A stretch of 64,000 nt of DNA, from the NCBI RefSeq assembly GCF_009914755.1, contig NC_060928.1. One strand, written 5' to 3'. Positions 27,338 through 46,168 of this stretch are shown one piece after another. The notes under the pieces are model-generated. The model was not told the DNA's origin. It saw only the letters and a list, made by a program, of their open reading frames with translations, and searched no databases. Position numbers and translations under genes: made by a program. Source of the DNA: the human T2T-CHM13v2.0 reference genome, Homo sapiens. The first letter of the stretch is position 1. Each line of letters opens with the position of its first letter.

Positions 27338-29697
27338 GTCCATCCTTGTCAACTTGGCGCCCATACACATCTTCTTAAATGATACTTAATCTCCAAATGA
27401 ACGCAATAACAAAGTCATACTTCTGCCTAACATAATATGAATATCCTTCAAACAACTGAAAACATGCCAACCCTTTCCCCAGAAGAGGATGCGGAGTCCC
27501 TGGGTAATGTTCATTCTCCCTAATAAGCTATAACTTAAATATCATGATGTAAAGTTAGCTATTATTAATATATCTTATGTCAGATGATAAAGGGATTAAA
27601 GAGCAAGAAAACAAAGATATTTGCTAAATATTTGAATACATTCGTTACAAAATAAGACATAACAGTTACAGTTTTCTGTGGCTGGTCACATGGTCGTAGC
27701 TGGTTTTTGTTTATGATTACCTTCTTGCACTATCCATTCCATTTTTCCCTTTCCCTTAGCAAGCACCTTAGCTCTTTGTGGTTCTTTGCCTGTTGGGGTG
27801 ATCCAAAACTTTGTTCCTGAAGGGTCTGGGCATACCCAATTTAAGTAGTCCTTAAATTGGGTTATTGTAGTTTTCCATTGACTTTAATCACAGAGCATGG
27901 CAGTAATTACAAGATCTCTTGTATTCCGGACTTAGTCTTTTAATCACAGAGCGTGGAAGTAATTACAAGATCTCTCGTATTCTGGACTTAGTCTTTCATA
28001 CCTCCATTGTATGGTAGCAGTTGAATTTCTTCTTAGTAACCAGCAACCCTGGTCAGTACACTAACCCTGGGTCTTCTTTGCCTGTTCATTCTGAGGCATG
28101 AGGAGTTCAAAGTGGCCAGGTGGTAGTCTTAATGTCGGTTCAGTGGAATCATTCTATCTCCCAGTGGAAACAGTCCTCTTTTTGGAAATAAGGCCTCTAG
28201 ACCAGCAGAGGATAAGGTTAAAGAATAGGCAACAAAAATTTCGCTAGTGAAACAATAGGGATAATAGTGAGTGGCCCCACTCTTATTTCTCTCTCTGGAT
28301 TCTGGGATCCATGAATCCTGGCCATGGGAGAAATAGCACCATACATTGGATGCTGATTTAGAGCATACATAGCCTCATGGAAAACATTGCACAAGTTTTT
28401 GTCACCTTGCTGACAACGTAACTGAGTCTTCAAAAATCCATTCTACCATTCTATTAAGCCAGCTGCTTCAGGATGATGAGGAACATGGTAAGACCAGTGA
28501 ATTTTATTAGTATGGGTCCACTGTTACACTTCATGTGCTGTAAAGTGTGTTCCTTGATCAGAAGCAATGCTGTGTGAAGCACCTAGATGGTGGATAAGGC
28601 ATTCTGTGGGTTTGGCAGAATGCTTGCATGCAGGGAAGAGAAATCCATATCTAGAGTATCTGTTGTAATAAGAACAAAACAGTGCCCCATTCATGATGGC
28701 AGTGGTCCAATATAATCAGCCTTTCATGAGATAGTTGGCTGATCACTCTGGGGAACGGTGCCATATCAGGGACTCATTATTGGTTTCTGTAACTGGCAGA
28801 TTGGGCCTCATTAGCACCTGTAGCCAGGTCGGCCTTGGTACATAGAAGTTCATGTTGCTGAGCCACCTTCCTCCTTCCTATGGCCTCTTCGTTCATGACA
28901 GAAGTGGCTAGGGAAAAAAGCTGGCTGGGATCTGCAGAATGAGTTATTCTATCTACTTGATTATTAAAATCCTGCTCTGCTGAGGTCACCTTTTGGTCAG
29001 CATTCACGTGGGACACAGATTCCTTCACATTTTTTGCCCAAAGAGGTCTATCTACATTATTTCTCCAGATCCTCTTGTTACCATTTTCCCAATTATGTCC
29101 TTCCAATTCTGTGACCATCTAGCTAAACAGTAGGCCACATCCTATGAATTGGTGTACACGGTGGCACCTCTGGCCATTTCTTCTTCCAAGCAAAATGAGA
29201 GCCAAGTGTGCTGCCCAAAGTTCTGTCCACAGGAGAGTTTTCCTTCATTACTATCCCTGTCCCAGAAAGGCAGTTAGTGCTACAGCCATCTGCTTTGTGA
29301 TGGTTTGTGCATATTGTCCACAGTCATCTGTAAACTAGGCCCACTTTTTTTTCTTCGGTCAACTGATAGTAGGAAACTTCCCCTGAGGTCATAGGTGTGG
29401 GCTGGGAGAGAGAAGGGAATGTGGTAGGAATGGGGACCGTGGGCATTTGTACAACTTCTTCATATAACTTACTTGAACCTTCAGGGCCTGCTTGATCTTG
29501 ATCTGTCATATTCCATTTTCATTCAGTGATGGAGTACTGCCATGCATGCCCCACTTTATGAATCGTGGGGCCAGATAGCACCCAGTTCATAATGGGCAGC
29601 TCAGGTCTCATGGCAACTCCTTGGCACATTGTTCAGCATTTAGTCTCTAATAAGGCCCCGTAGCAAGCCAAAATCTGTTTCTCAAAAGGAGAGTACT

Positions 29698-30097
<400 letters not shown>

Positions 30098-30247
30098 CTA
30101 TCTGCCTCTGAAACTTGAAGCACTATTGGATCTACTGGATCACATGTCCCAAGTGGCACAGCAGCTTACAATGGCAGCCTAGTCTGTTGCAAAGCCTTTT
30201 CTTGTTCTGGGCCACATTCAGAACTAATAGCTTTATAGTTCAGTTTG

Positions 30248-30694
30248 TGTGATGGATAATTTTTTGTGTGTGTCAACTTGGCTGGTCTGTGGTGTCCAGT
30301 TGTTTGGTCAAACACTAGTCTAGATGTTGCATGAAAGTAATTTGTAGATATGATTAGTATCTGTAAGTAGTTATGCTGAGAGATTGCCCCTGATGATATG
30401 AGTGGGCCTTATCCAATCAGTTGAAGGCCTTAGGAGCAGAAACTGAGGTTTCCTGAAAAAGAAGTATTTCTGCCTTAAGACTGTAACCTAGACATTTTGC
30501 TTGAGTTTCTAGCTTGCTAGCTTGCTCTTGTGACAGAATTTGGACTCAAGTAAAACATAAACTCTTGCCTGCACTACAGATTTCAGACTTGTCAGCCTGT
30601 ATAATCTTGTGAACTAGTTCCTTAAAATAAATCTCTATATTTATACACATATATGTGTGTTTGTGCATGTATATATACATATAAAGATATGTGT

Positions 30695-30738
<44 letters not shown>

Positions 30739-30785
30739 CCTTTTGGTTATTGGTTCTGTTTTTCTAGAAAACCCTGACTGATACA
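30248..30785 (+). mobile_element. MLT2-type solo LTR containing a (CA)n repeat
   Basis: tgtgatggataatt...gtgtcaacttggctg...ccctgactgataca; (CA)n at ~30705-30735. Confidence 0.82.
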
Positions 30786-30982
30786 CTCAGTAAATGGGCT
30801 AGAGTAGCACACCCAAATAAGGAATATGTTGCCTTCCAAATACAAAGAGGCCTACTAGACATTCTGTCTGTCTTGATTTTAGGAGGGACTAGCTAAAACA
30901 ACTTTTACTTCACATTAGAAGGGATATGTCAACATGTACCACATCACTAGACCCTTAGAAATTTCACCGAGGTGGAAGGCTC

Positions 30983-31697
30983 CTTGTCTGTTCAGGTGAT
31001 GTGGGTTGGCTCTGTGTCTCTACCCAAGTCTCATCTTGCGGCTCCCATAATTCCTATGTGTTGTGCGAGGGACCCAGTGGGAGATGATTGAATCTTGGGT
31101 GTGGGTCTTTCCCATGCTGTTCTCATGATAGTGAATGGGTCTTGTGAGATCTGATGGTTTTAAAATGGGAGTTTCTCTGCACAAGCTCTGTCTGCCGCTA
31201 TCTGTGTAAGATGTGACTTGCTCCTCCTTACCTTCTGCCATAATTGTGAGGCCTCCCCAGCCATGCAGAACTGTAAGTCCAGTAAACCTCTTTCTTTTGT
31301 AAATTGCCCAGTCTTGGGTATATCTTTATCAGCAGCGTGAAAATGAACGAATACATCAGGCTTTAAGAAATTACCAAAGACTGCGTGGCTTAAACATCAA
31401 ACATTTATTTCTCACAGCTCTGGAGGCTGAGAAATCCAAGATCAAGGTGCTGGCAGATCCAGTGTCTAGTGAGGGCACTCTTCTGTTTTGCGGCCATCTT
31501 TTTGTATCTTCATGTGGTGGACAGCAGAGAGAGCGAGTGAGCTCCTGTTTCATAAGAGCACTAATCCTATTCAAGACGGCGCCACCCTCATGACTGACAG
31601 ACCTCCCAAAGGTCTCAATTCCTATTATTACTTTGGGAGTTAGGATTTTAACATATGAATTTTTTTGGGGGGGGACGCATATATTCAGTCCATGACA
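30983..31697 (-). mobile_element. MLT1A-like LTR split by the THE1 insertion
   Basis: atttatttctcacagctctggaggctgagaaatccaagatcaaggtg...attcagtccatgaca; its first bases lie left of the THE1. Confidence 0.75.
30997..31355 (+). mobile_element. THE1 solo LTR
   Basis: tgatgtgggttggctctgtgtc...aaatgaacgaataca; TSD TCAGG on both sides. Confidence 0.88.
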
Positions 31698-32954
31698 CCC
31701 CTGGATTTTTGTCTTACTCATTTCTTACCTTCTGACATGCATATGTTTTACCAATAAGCTTAGAGTAATTGCAGTTTCTTGCTCACTAGGTCCAATTAGC
31801 ATAAGGTCATGAATATAATGGGTTGTTGTGGTGTCTTGTGGAAGGGAAAGTTGATCAAGGTCTCTGGATTAAATTATGACGTAGGGCTGGAAAGTTGATA
31901 TAACCCTGAGGTAAGAGTGAAAGTGTATTGCCTTTCAATCTTGCTAGCTAAAAACAAACTACTTCTGGCAGTTTTTATTAACACACGTTGAGGAAAAAAA
32001 GCATTTTTCAGATCCATATTTGCAAACCAGTTACCAGGGTATGTGTTAGTTTGCTCAAGCAGTGAAACCACATCTGGTACAGCAATTAGAATTGGAGTTA
32101 CCTAGTTAAGTTTATAATAATGCACTGTCATTCTCCAAAATTCATCTGTTTTCTGCATGAGGTAAACAGGTAAGTTGAATGGGGATGTGTTAGAATCACT
32201 ACCCCTGCATCCTTCAGGTCCTTGATAGTGGCACTAATGTATGCAGTTTTAGAGTGAAACATATTTGGAGTGACATATAAAATACACAGAAGAACATTAA
32301 ATGTTTATGTAGTCTAATGAATAATAAAGGGAACCATTAAACCACCTTCAGGTCATGAAATAGAACTTCATCAACACCCCTAGAAGTTCCCCCTCCCCAT
32401 AGTCCCTCTTCTTAATCACAACCTCTCCTACTGCCAGAGTTGTCATTATTTCTGTCATGATACTTTCCTTTCTTTTTACTTTTTACAATTTGTGTATGTT
32501 TACCTAGATAATATTATTTAGTTTTGTCTTTTTTGGACTGTATATTAATAAAATCATTGTATGTGCTTTTTGCCTGTCTTGCTTTTGCTCAAAAAAGTGT
32601 GAGATTTGTCCATTTTGTTCTGTGTAGCTGCATTCATTCATTTTTATTGCTGTATTCCAATTTTGAATACACTGTAGTTTATCCACTTTTCTTATGAAGC
32701 TTTTGTTTCTAGTTTTGACCTTTTATGAACAGTACTTCTGTGACTATTTCTTTATTGCACATTTTTTGAGTGAGTTTTTCAAGGGTGTGTAACCAAGGAG
32801 GTTGCTGGGTTAGGTGATATCAGCTTTCCTTAGTAATGCCAAATTATTTGCCAAAGCGGATGTATCAGTTTACTTTCCCAGTGTCACGAACATTGGTATT
32901 AAACATTCATTTTTTTTTGAAGTTGAGCATCATTTCATATTACTAGTTATCTAG

Positions 32955-33323
<369 letters not shown>

Positions 33324-33972
33324 TAATTCTTTATATTTCTGTTATATTTGATCACAATTGCAATATCTCTTCCGAATTTTTGCCTTGTCTTTTTATATAC
33401 TTATGTGTATATATATATATATGGTGTATTAATAAACAGAAGTTCTTAATGAGAGTACTGCCAAATTAACTGGATTTTCCCTTTATAGTTAAAGCTTTTT
33501 GTGTCTTACTGAAGTAATCCTTTTCTATTCTGTCTTTTATTGTCTTTAGTTTAACTTAGTTTGTATTTCAAATTCAGGTTTTTATTCACTGAGAATTGAT
33601 TTTGTGTTTTTTGAGAATCAGGTCTGATTTCCATTTTTTTCCTTCCGTGTGGATGTTCAGCCAATTGCAGCACCATTTTTTTTTTTTTAACAAGTTTGAA
33701 TTTTCCCCACTAATCTGTGGTGCTAGTTGTGTCGTATAGCAAGTGTCTGTATGTGTGTGAGTCTGTTCTGGGCTCTTTATTTTTTCACTGATCTATTTTT
33801 CTGTTGCTTTGACAATACTCACAGTGTTTTTAAGTCACTGTCATCTTATATGTCTTAATATTTGGTATAGCAAGTTTTATTTGTTCTTTTTCAAGACTGG
33901 GCTATTCTTTGCCCTTTGCATATTCATATAAACTTTGCAATTAGCTTGTGAAGCTGCATGGAAAAAAACCTA

Positions 33973-34395
<423 letters not shown>

Positions 34396-34997
34396 TTAAG
34401 TCTGTTTTAGTGGCTCTCATAAAATTTTATAGTTTTTCCCTAGAGGTCTTGCAGCTTGTTGTATTTATTCCTAGGTACTGTATTTATTCTTAGGTACTCT
34501 TTGATTCAAAACATAAACGTTTTTATTTTCAAAATGGTTTTGCCAGTTCCCAATGTTTACGATAACAAATACTATCATGGATCCATACGTTTTGAGTTTT
34601 TTTGCATGTTAGGAAGCATGAACTTGCAAATATTTTTCTCCTTTTCCTAACTTTTTTTAGTATGGCTAGAGAAAGGCAAGATTTTGACCTTAAGTTGCGA
34701 TGAGAAATGGAAGAAACTTTTTTTTATGTTTTTGAATTTGTCCATAACCCAGTTTCATCAGTTTTAAGTCTCCATCTTGCACTGTCATTTATGAGAGCAA
34801 ACTAGAGTTGCAGTCCCAAACCATGGAACTTCTTTGTGTAGTTTGTTCTCATGAAACATTCAGCCAGAACAGGAGGGCCTAAGTTTCAGACAAATTTTAA
34901 ATTAGTTTGGAAAAGTAAGTGGATCTATTTTTGGCTTATCTACTACCTCAAAGTCATTCTCTTTGTAAGGGTGTTTGAAGAGTAATAATCAAACTCA

Positions 34998-35608
34998 GTG
35001 TGTTAGTTTTCTACTGCTGCATAATGAATTACCATACACTCAGCACCTCAAAACATCATATGCTTGTTATTTAAGAGTTTCTGTTGGTGATGAGTCTGGG
35101 CATGGTTTACCTCAATTCTCAGATTCTCACAAGGCTGAAATCGAGGTGTTGGTTGGGCCATGTCCTCATCTGGAGCATGGAGTCCTCTTCCAGGCTTATT
35201 CTGGTTGTTGAGGTAATTCAGTTCCTTGTTGTAGTACTGAGGTCTTCAATTGCTTGATTTGACCACTTGTTGCTCCTAGGAATAGCCTGTTGTTGCCTGA
35301 TACATGACTCCACAACATGGTAGTTTGCGCCTTCCAGGCCAGCAGGTGAATCTCTTTCACACTTTTCATCTCTTTGACTGCTTTTAAGAGCTCATTAGAT
35401 AAGGTCATGCCCACCTGGGATAAATTTCCTTTTGAAGTGAAGTCAATTGATTAGGGCTCTGAATTACATTTGTAAAATCCTTTCTGCCATGTAATGTATC
35501 ATAATCACAGTAGTGATAATCCCATCATATTCACAAGTCCTAAATTATACAGGGTGTATCAACAGGGGACAGGAATCTTGGGAACAATTTAGAATTCTGT
35601 CTTCCACA
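34998..35608 (-). mobile_element. MLT1-type LTR
   Basis: tgtgttagttttctactgctgcata...gaattctgtcttccaca. Confidence 0.7.
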
Positions 35609-35689
35609 CTCTCATCCATACATGAAAATTTCGTATCTTCATATGAGATGATGCCTTGACTCTTCTTGCCTGAATTTTTTTAAAAAACG

Positions 35690-38700
<3,011 letters not shown>

Positions 38701-41700
38701 GATAGTTTAGTTTTTAGTTCTTTGAAGAATATAGGGTAAAAGTATCTTTCTTTGATGACAGAGCTGATAATTATAAGTGAAAAATTCAGTCACTGATGAA
38801 TACTTTTTCCTGAGTAGTTTGAATTGATCTGTTTTGTGTCTATTTTTTGAGGTACATGCTACATACATTTTGTCTGTAAACAACTATTTAGCATATTGAA
38901 TAAAATTACATTTTAAAAATAGACTTTGTACTATATATCACTTTAATACAATTGTTTAGATTTGTGTTTTAAGCTTTTCACACTTGTAAAATTTCTGAAT
39001 AATGAATTTTTAAGGAATCTTTGAAGGGCTTTTGAGCTAGGTTCTACTTCTGGCTCTGCCAATTACTGTCTTGAGTGTGTCTCTTATTTTCTGGGCCTCA
39101 CATTTTGCATTTGTAAAACAAGTATCTATCTATTTCATATAGTTTTCATGAGGATAAACCGAGAAGTCTTTTATTAACCATAAACGGAAAGTTTTGAAAT
39201 TAGGGAATGTAGGCAAAATGTTCAAAGAGAGGGAGTAGAAGGAGCCTTTGAAATCTGTGTGAGTCCCTCCAGTTTATAGGAAATAGAAGCCACAGAAGCT
39301 AGAGAAACGCCCAAGGTTATCTCTAAGTAGCTAGTGTACAGAACTGACCTTGCAACCCAGTCTTCCTGCTTTCCAAAGCAGTGGGCTTTTTCAGTTTTGC
39401 CTTTCTTCAAATGAAATACTAGGTAATTGAGAGAAGCTTTGACTTTAGCAGGTACATAGTTGAGTGTATTATCCCCAAGAGTTAAGTAGAAAAGTGTACA
39501 TGACATTAGGGGGAAAGAGGAATTTTAAGACTTTAGTTTCTTAAGTTACTAATAATTAAAACTGCTGTCAAAGTAATTATTGAATTTTTTTCCCGCTCAG
39601 AATCTAGACAAAGAGAGCCTTGTTACACTTTTCAGGGATTAAAATTAATCTAATACAGTAAGAAGTAAAGTCTTGTGTGGTTACTGCATGGCTTTGTACT
39701 AGAAATTCAGTTGAAATTTTACTTTAAAAACTATTACTTCAGTATAATTTTAGTAAAATCTTAATTTATAATTGGCATGAAACTTCCAAGCTAATTGTTA
39801 GAAATAGTTTCTTGGAATCCAGTTTTTCTACTTAATTCCTTATTTTCTCCAGGTGTACTCTGGAAAATTAATATTTTCTTTAAATTCTTGAAGTCGATAC
39901 TACAAATGGAAGGGTTTATCATTATCTCAGTATTGAAGGCTCAATATATTGCACAGTGTTTGTAGTGTCTTATCCCCTGGAAGGGGACTTCATTCCTCTC
40001 TGTCACTGCTGTAGCTTACTGAAGCCAAGAGCAGGAAAAGGAAATCCCAGACTGCAGACCCCTCTTCCCTCCAGCATTGTCTTTTCTCCCCACACCCTTC
40101 AAAAGGCACAGCACATATTTCAGTTGCTGATCCTTGTCCCTTGGTCTGTGTCTGATCTCATTTAAGAATTTCCTCTTTCCTTCCCTTCTTGCGTTTCCTC
40201 TCCAGGGTGTTTGCTGCCTGAGAGATGGGGAGACACCTAGGACATGCTACAAGGAGGGGCCCAAGTTTGCAGAGGCAGTTTTAAAATCTCAAGCGTGCTT
40301 GTCCGTGTAGCTTTGTAGAAAATATGTTTTGCACATTTTCAGTAAGTTTTAAAAATTTTTACTTAGGTAATTTTCAACACACTTGTAGTTTTTTTTGGAG
40401 GTAACACCATCAAATGCTAAATTTGTCAAGTGTTTTGAATAAAAAATTTCTAGGAACTGAGGTTATGTTCTTTCTGTTTAAATACTAATTTCTATGAGGA
40501 TTCAATAAACATATTAAATTCATTATACTTTTATTGACTTAAAGCTGAAGGGAAGATTTAATGCTGTTTTAGCTGTTTTATAGGCTTGTGACTTTTTTCC
40601 TTGGAAAATCAGAACATTTTCTTTTAAAAACATTTATTACATATCCTCATTGCAAAGGTATAACTTGCGTCTGCCACAGAGAAGAGTTTGTCCTTTAAAT
40701 AAATTTTCCTTTTTGGGCCTTATAGATGTTGTTAGCGATATTAAATCTGTGGTTTTCTAGAACTATTTATTATTCTTTCTTTATTTTTAAAATTTATTCA
40801 CAGGAACCCATGAGGGTGAATATTTTATGCTAATTTTGTGGTGGAGGAAGCTAAGATCCAAAGATGTTAAGAAGTTTGCCGAAGATTACATCTTTAATAA
40901 ATAGTGGAATTGCGATTTGAGCTTAGGTCTGACTCCAGACTTGGTGGTCTTTGTGAAATTCTTGTTATCCCTTTGAGAGACTGATTATTTGGAGGAGGAT
41001 ATGGGTTGATAGGTAAACAGTTACTTGCAACTATAATAGTTATGCATAAAATGTTATTAAGAGTGCAGAGTAGGAAGCATCTAACTGTTAGGAAGGTCAG
41101 GATGGCTTTATAGAGTGAATCAATGGCGAAGTGATTCTTCAGGGATCACAGTGTGCCTGTATTTCATGCTGTGGAGGTTGGTCTTCATTCTTTTTGGGGG
41201 AATGGGAGGCACTGAAGGGTTTCAACAGAAGTGGTGATGTGACCAGATTCATATTCTGAAGAGATATGGTAGCTGTAAAGGGGAATACAATGTAGCGTGG
41301 TGGTGCTAGAGATAGGGAGACCATTACAGGAACACTTCGGGAGAAGGGATGAGGTTGTTTCTTAGGGAAGTGGTAGAGAGTGGGAGAGGAGGGAACTGGC
41401 TTTGAACTTTTAATAATTAGAAAATATGCAGATGTCGTTCTCACTTATTTTCTCACGCTGTCAGAAATAGTAAGAGCCAAATGTTTGTGTTTAGAAGATT
41501 GTCCTAGTCTTGTGATTACCTTCAAATTACTGATCTGCAAAAAACTTTAATCCTAAGTGTTAAGAGTATAGCTACATTTAGGAGAGAAATCACGTCTTTC
41601 TTGACAAAGCCGTGTCTCCAGATGGAAGCCAAATTTATGCCTGGATTATGGTAATAATGGAATAAGACTTTTCAGTATAGGACCTACACAGTAACAGCAG

Positions 41701-43085
41701 TTCAGGAAGCAAAGCTAATATTACTTTAAAATGATCAGCACTGTTTTATGAATGACTTCTTTCATTTTAGATCATTCAAAATCATTTCTTAGAAATTTCT
41801 GATTTGAGTTCTGCAGGCAGGAAGAATGCGGTAATTGTCAGTCTTTTGACAGTGTGTCCTCCAAGGCCCATTTCTATCCATTTGATGCCACACTGCATCT
41901 TGTCCTTTCCTCATGTCCTGAGCCGGAGGGGAACTATTGCAGAGTTCCAGTCTACTATGTGGTAGGTGGAGTTTTCTTGGATTGTCCGTAAGAACACTCT
42001 TCCTGTTGTTTATGGGGCCAAAAATAAAAGTTTGTGATAGTATGTGTTTAGTTTTTAGTATCTAATCATTCATAAATTTAGTTTAACTACCTAGATTTGT
42101 CTTTCTCTAATATTACAAAATACAAAGGGAAATGGTAGCCGTCTTTGTGCTTGATAATGAATAAGGTCTTTTCCTGCTCGGTGACATCTCTGTATTATGG
42201 AGTCTGCATACTGTAGTGGAACTAGTGAGAGTTCTACGAAATAGTAAAATGTTCCTTGTAAAAAAGTTTTTTTTGGCCTTACCTCATTAACACAGCCTTA
42301 GTTTAGACTTTTATTGCTTGGGATAATAAAATAACTTGGCCCCCTACCTCTAGTCTGTTGCCCTTAAATCCATACTCTGCAACTGTATGAATATTTGTTA
42401 CAAAATACAAATCTGACATTGTCCAACATGTGTCTCCTTGCATCTCTTATTGCTAATGAGTTCTGTTAAATGCTTGGAGTTGTAACCAGAGAGGCTCCTT
42501 GGACATTTGATTTTCGTGAAGTCTCACTAGCTGAACGGTTTTGTTATACACACGTGCATACTTGTACTTGATTTTTGCAAAACATTTTAATGAACTAGTT
42601 ATTTCTGTTTGCTTCAAGTACTCTTTTACTTATTTGCTTGTTTCTTAATGGCATTTATTGAAGTACCTGATACTGGTAAATGTTAATTGAGACAAGAGCA
42701 TAAAATTATAAAAAGATAGAAAAGAGGATATATAACTTATAATAAATAAGAAAATGGCACAAATCTCTTGACAGCTGTCTTCATAATACTAAAGGCTAGC
42801 TCAGCTGAGGCCTGCAAAGAATACTAAGAATAATAAAAGACATTTTCAGATGTTAGGTTTGGAGAAAAAACAAAGAAGGCAGCAGGTTATTTCTGATCCT
42901 GTAATGATAATAGATGACAAAAAGTGTCAAATTCGATACCACCCATCTGATTCTTTTTTTTGTTAGGAAAATAATTGTTTAATTGAAAATGGTAGAGCCA
43001 AGTTATTGAGAGATAATTGGATGAGAAAGGAGCTAACTGTTCTCAGTGGCTAGGATTTTTTTTTAATCTTAGGGTCTAAAAACAA

Positions 43086-43297
43086 CTTTTTTTTTATTAT
43101 ACTTTAAGTTTTAGGGTACATGTGCATAATGTGCAGGTTAGTTACGTATGTATACCTGTGCCATGCTGGTGTGCTGCACCCATTAACTCGTCATTTAGCA
43201 TTAGGTATCTCTCCTAATGCTATCCCTCCCCCTCCCCCCACCCCACAACAGTCCCCAGAGTGTGATGTTCCCCTTCCTGTGTCCATGTGTTCTCATT
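43086..43297 (-). mobile_element. Young L1PA 3' terminal fragment (~210 bp)
   Basis: ttattatactttaagttttagggtacatgtgc...ccttcctgtgtccatgtgttctcatt. Confidence 0.9.
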
Positions 43298-43549
43298 AAT
43301 AATTCTGTTTTCATGATCTCTGAGCAATCTTGGAGACTAGGAATGGCATGTACAGGCTGGCAGGTTTTTTGTTTGTTTCTTTGTTTTGTTTTTTAAACAT
43401 TTTTTCAGGTATAATTGACAGACAATAAATGATTCATACTTAAAGTGTACAATTTGCTAAGTGTCAATATATGTATATACTCATGAAGCCATCACCATAG
43501 TCAGTATAATGAACATAATTATCATTCCCAAAAGTTTTCTCATGCCCTT

Positions 43550-44730
43550 TGTTAGAGGTGACTGAGAAGGAGCAGTCAGTAAGGAGAACAAGGCTATTGT
43601 GCTGTCTTGGAAATTAAATGAGGAAGAAAATGATCAGCTGTGGCAAATGCTTACTTATAGGCACGATAACATGAGAAATGAGATTGTCCATTGGATTTAG
43701 TAATGTTGAGGTTATAGGTGATCTTGACCAGGCCAGTTTTGGTGGAGTGGTGAGAGCAGAGGCCTGACTGGAGTGGATTTTAAGAGAGAAAGGGAGGAGA
43801 AAAATTAGAGACAGCCAGCGGGAATATTTTTAAGATTTTCTGCAAAGGGAAGAAAGAAATGGAGAAGTAGTGAAGTGGGGTTGAGAGTGTTTTGTCTTTT
43901 TTTTTTTTTTTTTAAAGGATGGGAGCAAAAGCCCAGCATGTTTATATGCCAGTGGCAACAATTCACTGTGAGAAAAATGTAAAGGATGAATTAGTTCCTG
44001 GAGTGATACCCTTGAGGGGCTAAGAGATTTAGTTTACAAGTGTAGGGATTGACATATAGAAACTTGGATAATTTATCTGTGTCAGTGGGCAGAGATACAG
44101 TTTGAAAGTGTAGACAGTGGATGGTGGTTGAGTGGGTTGTGGGAGTTTATGGAAGTTCTCTTCAAATAGCTTCATGAAAAATATTTTCTTTCAGTGAAGT
44201 ATAGGAAGCAAAGTCTTCACTGTGAAAAAAGATAGGAAGGAGGCATTGGAGTTGAGGATCAAGAAGATACGAAATAGAATGGGAGAGTGAATAGACCAGA
44301 AAGTTATGGTATGTTTGGCTGGCAGCATTAAGGGTTCAGTTGCAGTCTGTGGTTATTAATTTAAAGCATCATGATTAGCCATATTGAGATAAAAAGTAGT
44401 TGACGAATTAGATTTAACCAGGTTATGGCTTTGCTAGCCAAGTATGATGAAATAAGAGAAGGGCAAGGAAGTCGAGGGTGTTTGTAGGTGGGTGATGATG
44501 AGTGGCCATGGGTTAAGCTGTGAAAGGAAGCAAGAGAGGACATCAAAGGGTGAGGGACAGTAATCTATGCAAGAGGTGTTGGTGGCTTAGTAAAGGGCAG
44601 AGTCTGGTTAATATTTTGAAGATAGAGCCAGATTTCCTGAAGTTGGATGGATGTGTGTGGGAAGAATAATCAAGAAAGAGTGTTTGACCTGAGCAGTTTT
44701 AGGAATGGAGTTGCTGTCAACTGATGTGCT
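43550..44730. mobile_element. L2 fragments
   Basis: ccattggatttag...ggtgatcttgac...ttttggtggagtggtg...cctgactggagtgg. Confidence 0.65.
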
Positions 44731-45214
44731 TAGTCCTTTCTTACAGTCTTGGTCGTGTTTTGTTGATCCTTATAAAAAAGAGAAAATTTTGTAGCATAAT
44801 TAACATAGAAAAATATAAATCGGCTAAATCCATGGCTATGTATTAAATTTCTATGCTGATTTATTTATTCAGTAAATACTTACTGAGTGCTATGTGCCAA
44901 GTGGTGTTCTGGGTAGGAATATAGCACTGAACAAAACACATACATTAAGAACTTGCATTACTTTTAGTTCACACAGAGAAAATAGCATTTTGGAAAATGT
45001 ATGAGATAAAAGGGATTACTGTATCTTAAATTATATTGTTTTTGTATTTAACTGTTAATAACTGGTTTAGTTGGCTGTTTATGTGTGTGTGTATATGTAT
45101 ATATATACATAAAATATATAGACCTAAAAATACATATAAGGCCAGTTTTATATCTTTAATCCAGAAATTTATGAAGTTATTTTTTGATCATTATTTTTTA
45201 AAAATTAAGATATT

Positions 45215-45570
45215 ATAGAATACTGTGCAGCCATAAAAAGAACAAGATGATGTCATTTGCAGCAACATGGATAGAGCTGGAGGCTGTTACCCTAAGCGAA
45301 CTAATACAGACACAGAAAACCAAATACTGTATGTTCTCACTTATAAGCGGGAGCTAAACATTGAGTACATATGGACAGAAAGAAGGGAACAACAGACACT
45401 GGGTCAACTTGAGGGTGGAGGGTGGGAGGGAGGTGAAGATTGAAAAACCACCTATTGGGTGCTTTGCCTATTACCTGGGTATTATGCTAATCTGTACACC
45501 AAACCCCTGTGACACACAGTTTACCTGTGTAACAAACCTGCTGATGTATCCATGAACCCAAAATACAAGT
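45215..45570 (+). mobile_element. L1PA/L1PB 3' end
   Basis: gcagccataaaaagaac...atgttctcacttataag...gtaacaaacctgc. Confidence 0.85.
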
Positions 45571-45899
45571 TTGTTTGTTTTTTTTTTTTTTTTTTGAAAA
45601 GCTATTGCAGAGTTTCAGCAATAGGTGATATAATGATTGGACTAGTGCGATCATAATGAAGATGCAGTGTCATCTCAAAAAAAATTTAAGATATTAATAG
45701 TATATTCTAAAAAATATAAAATGTTAGTAAATTTGAGGGCTAATGAATTGGAATTTATTTTACAGTTTGTGGACCACATGAGAATATCTGTTTTTCTTTC
45801 CTAGCATGTGATACCTCATTTGGACTGGAAATGATATTCTGTAGATTGATTGCCTGAGCAGTTTCCAAAGTTTAAAGGCACACTGAATGTAAGAAATTA

Positions 45900-46168
<269 letters not shown>

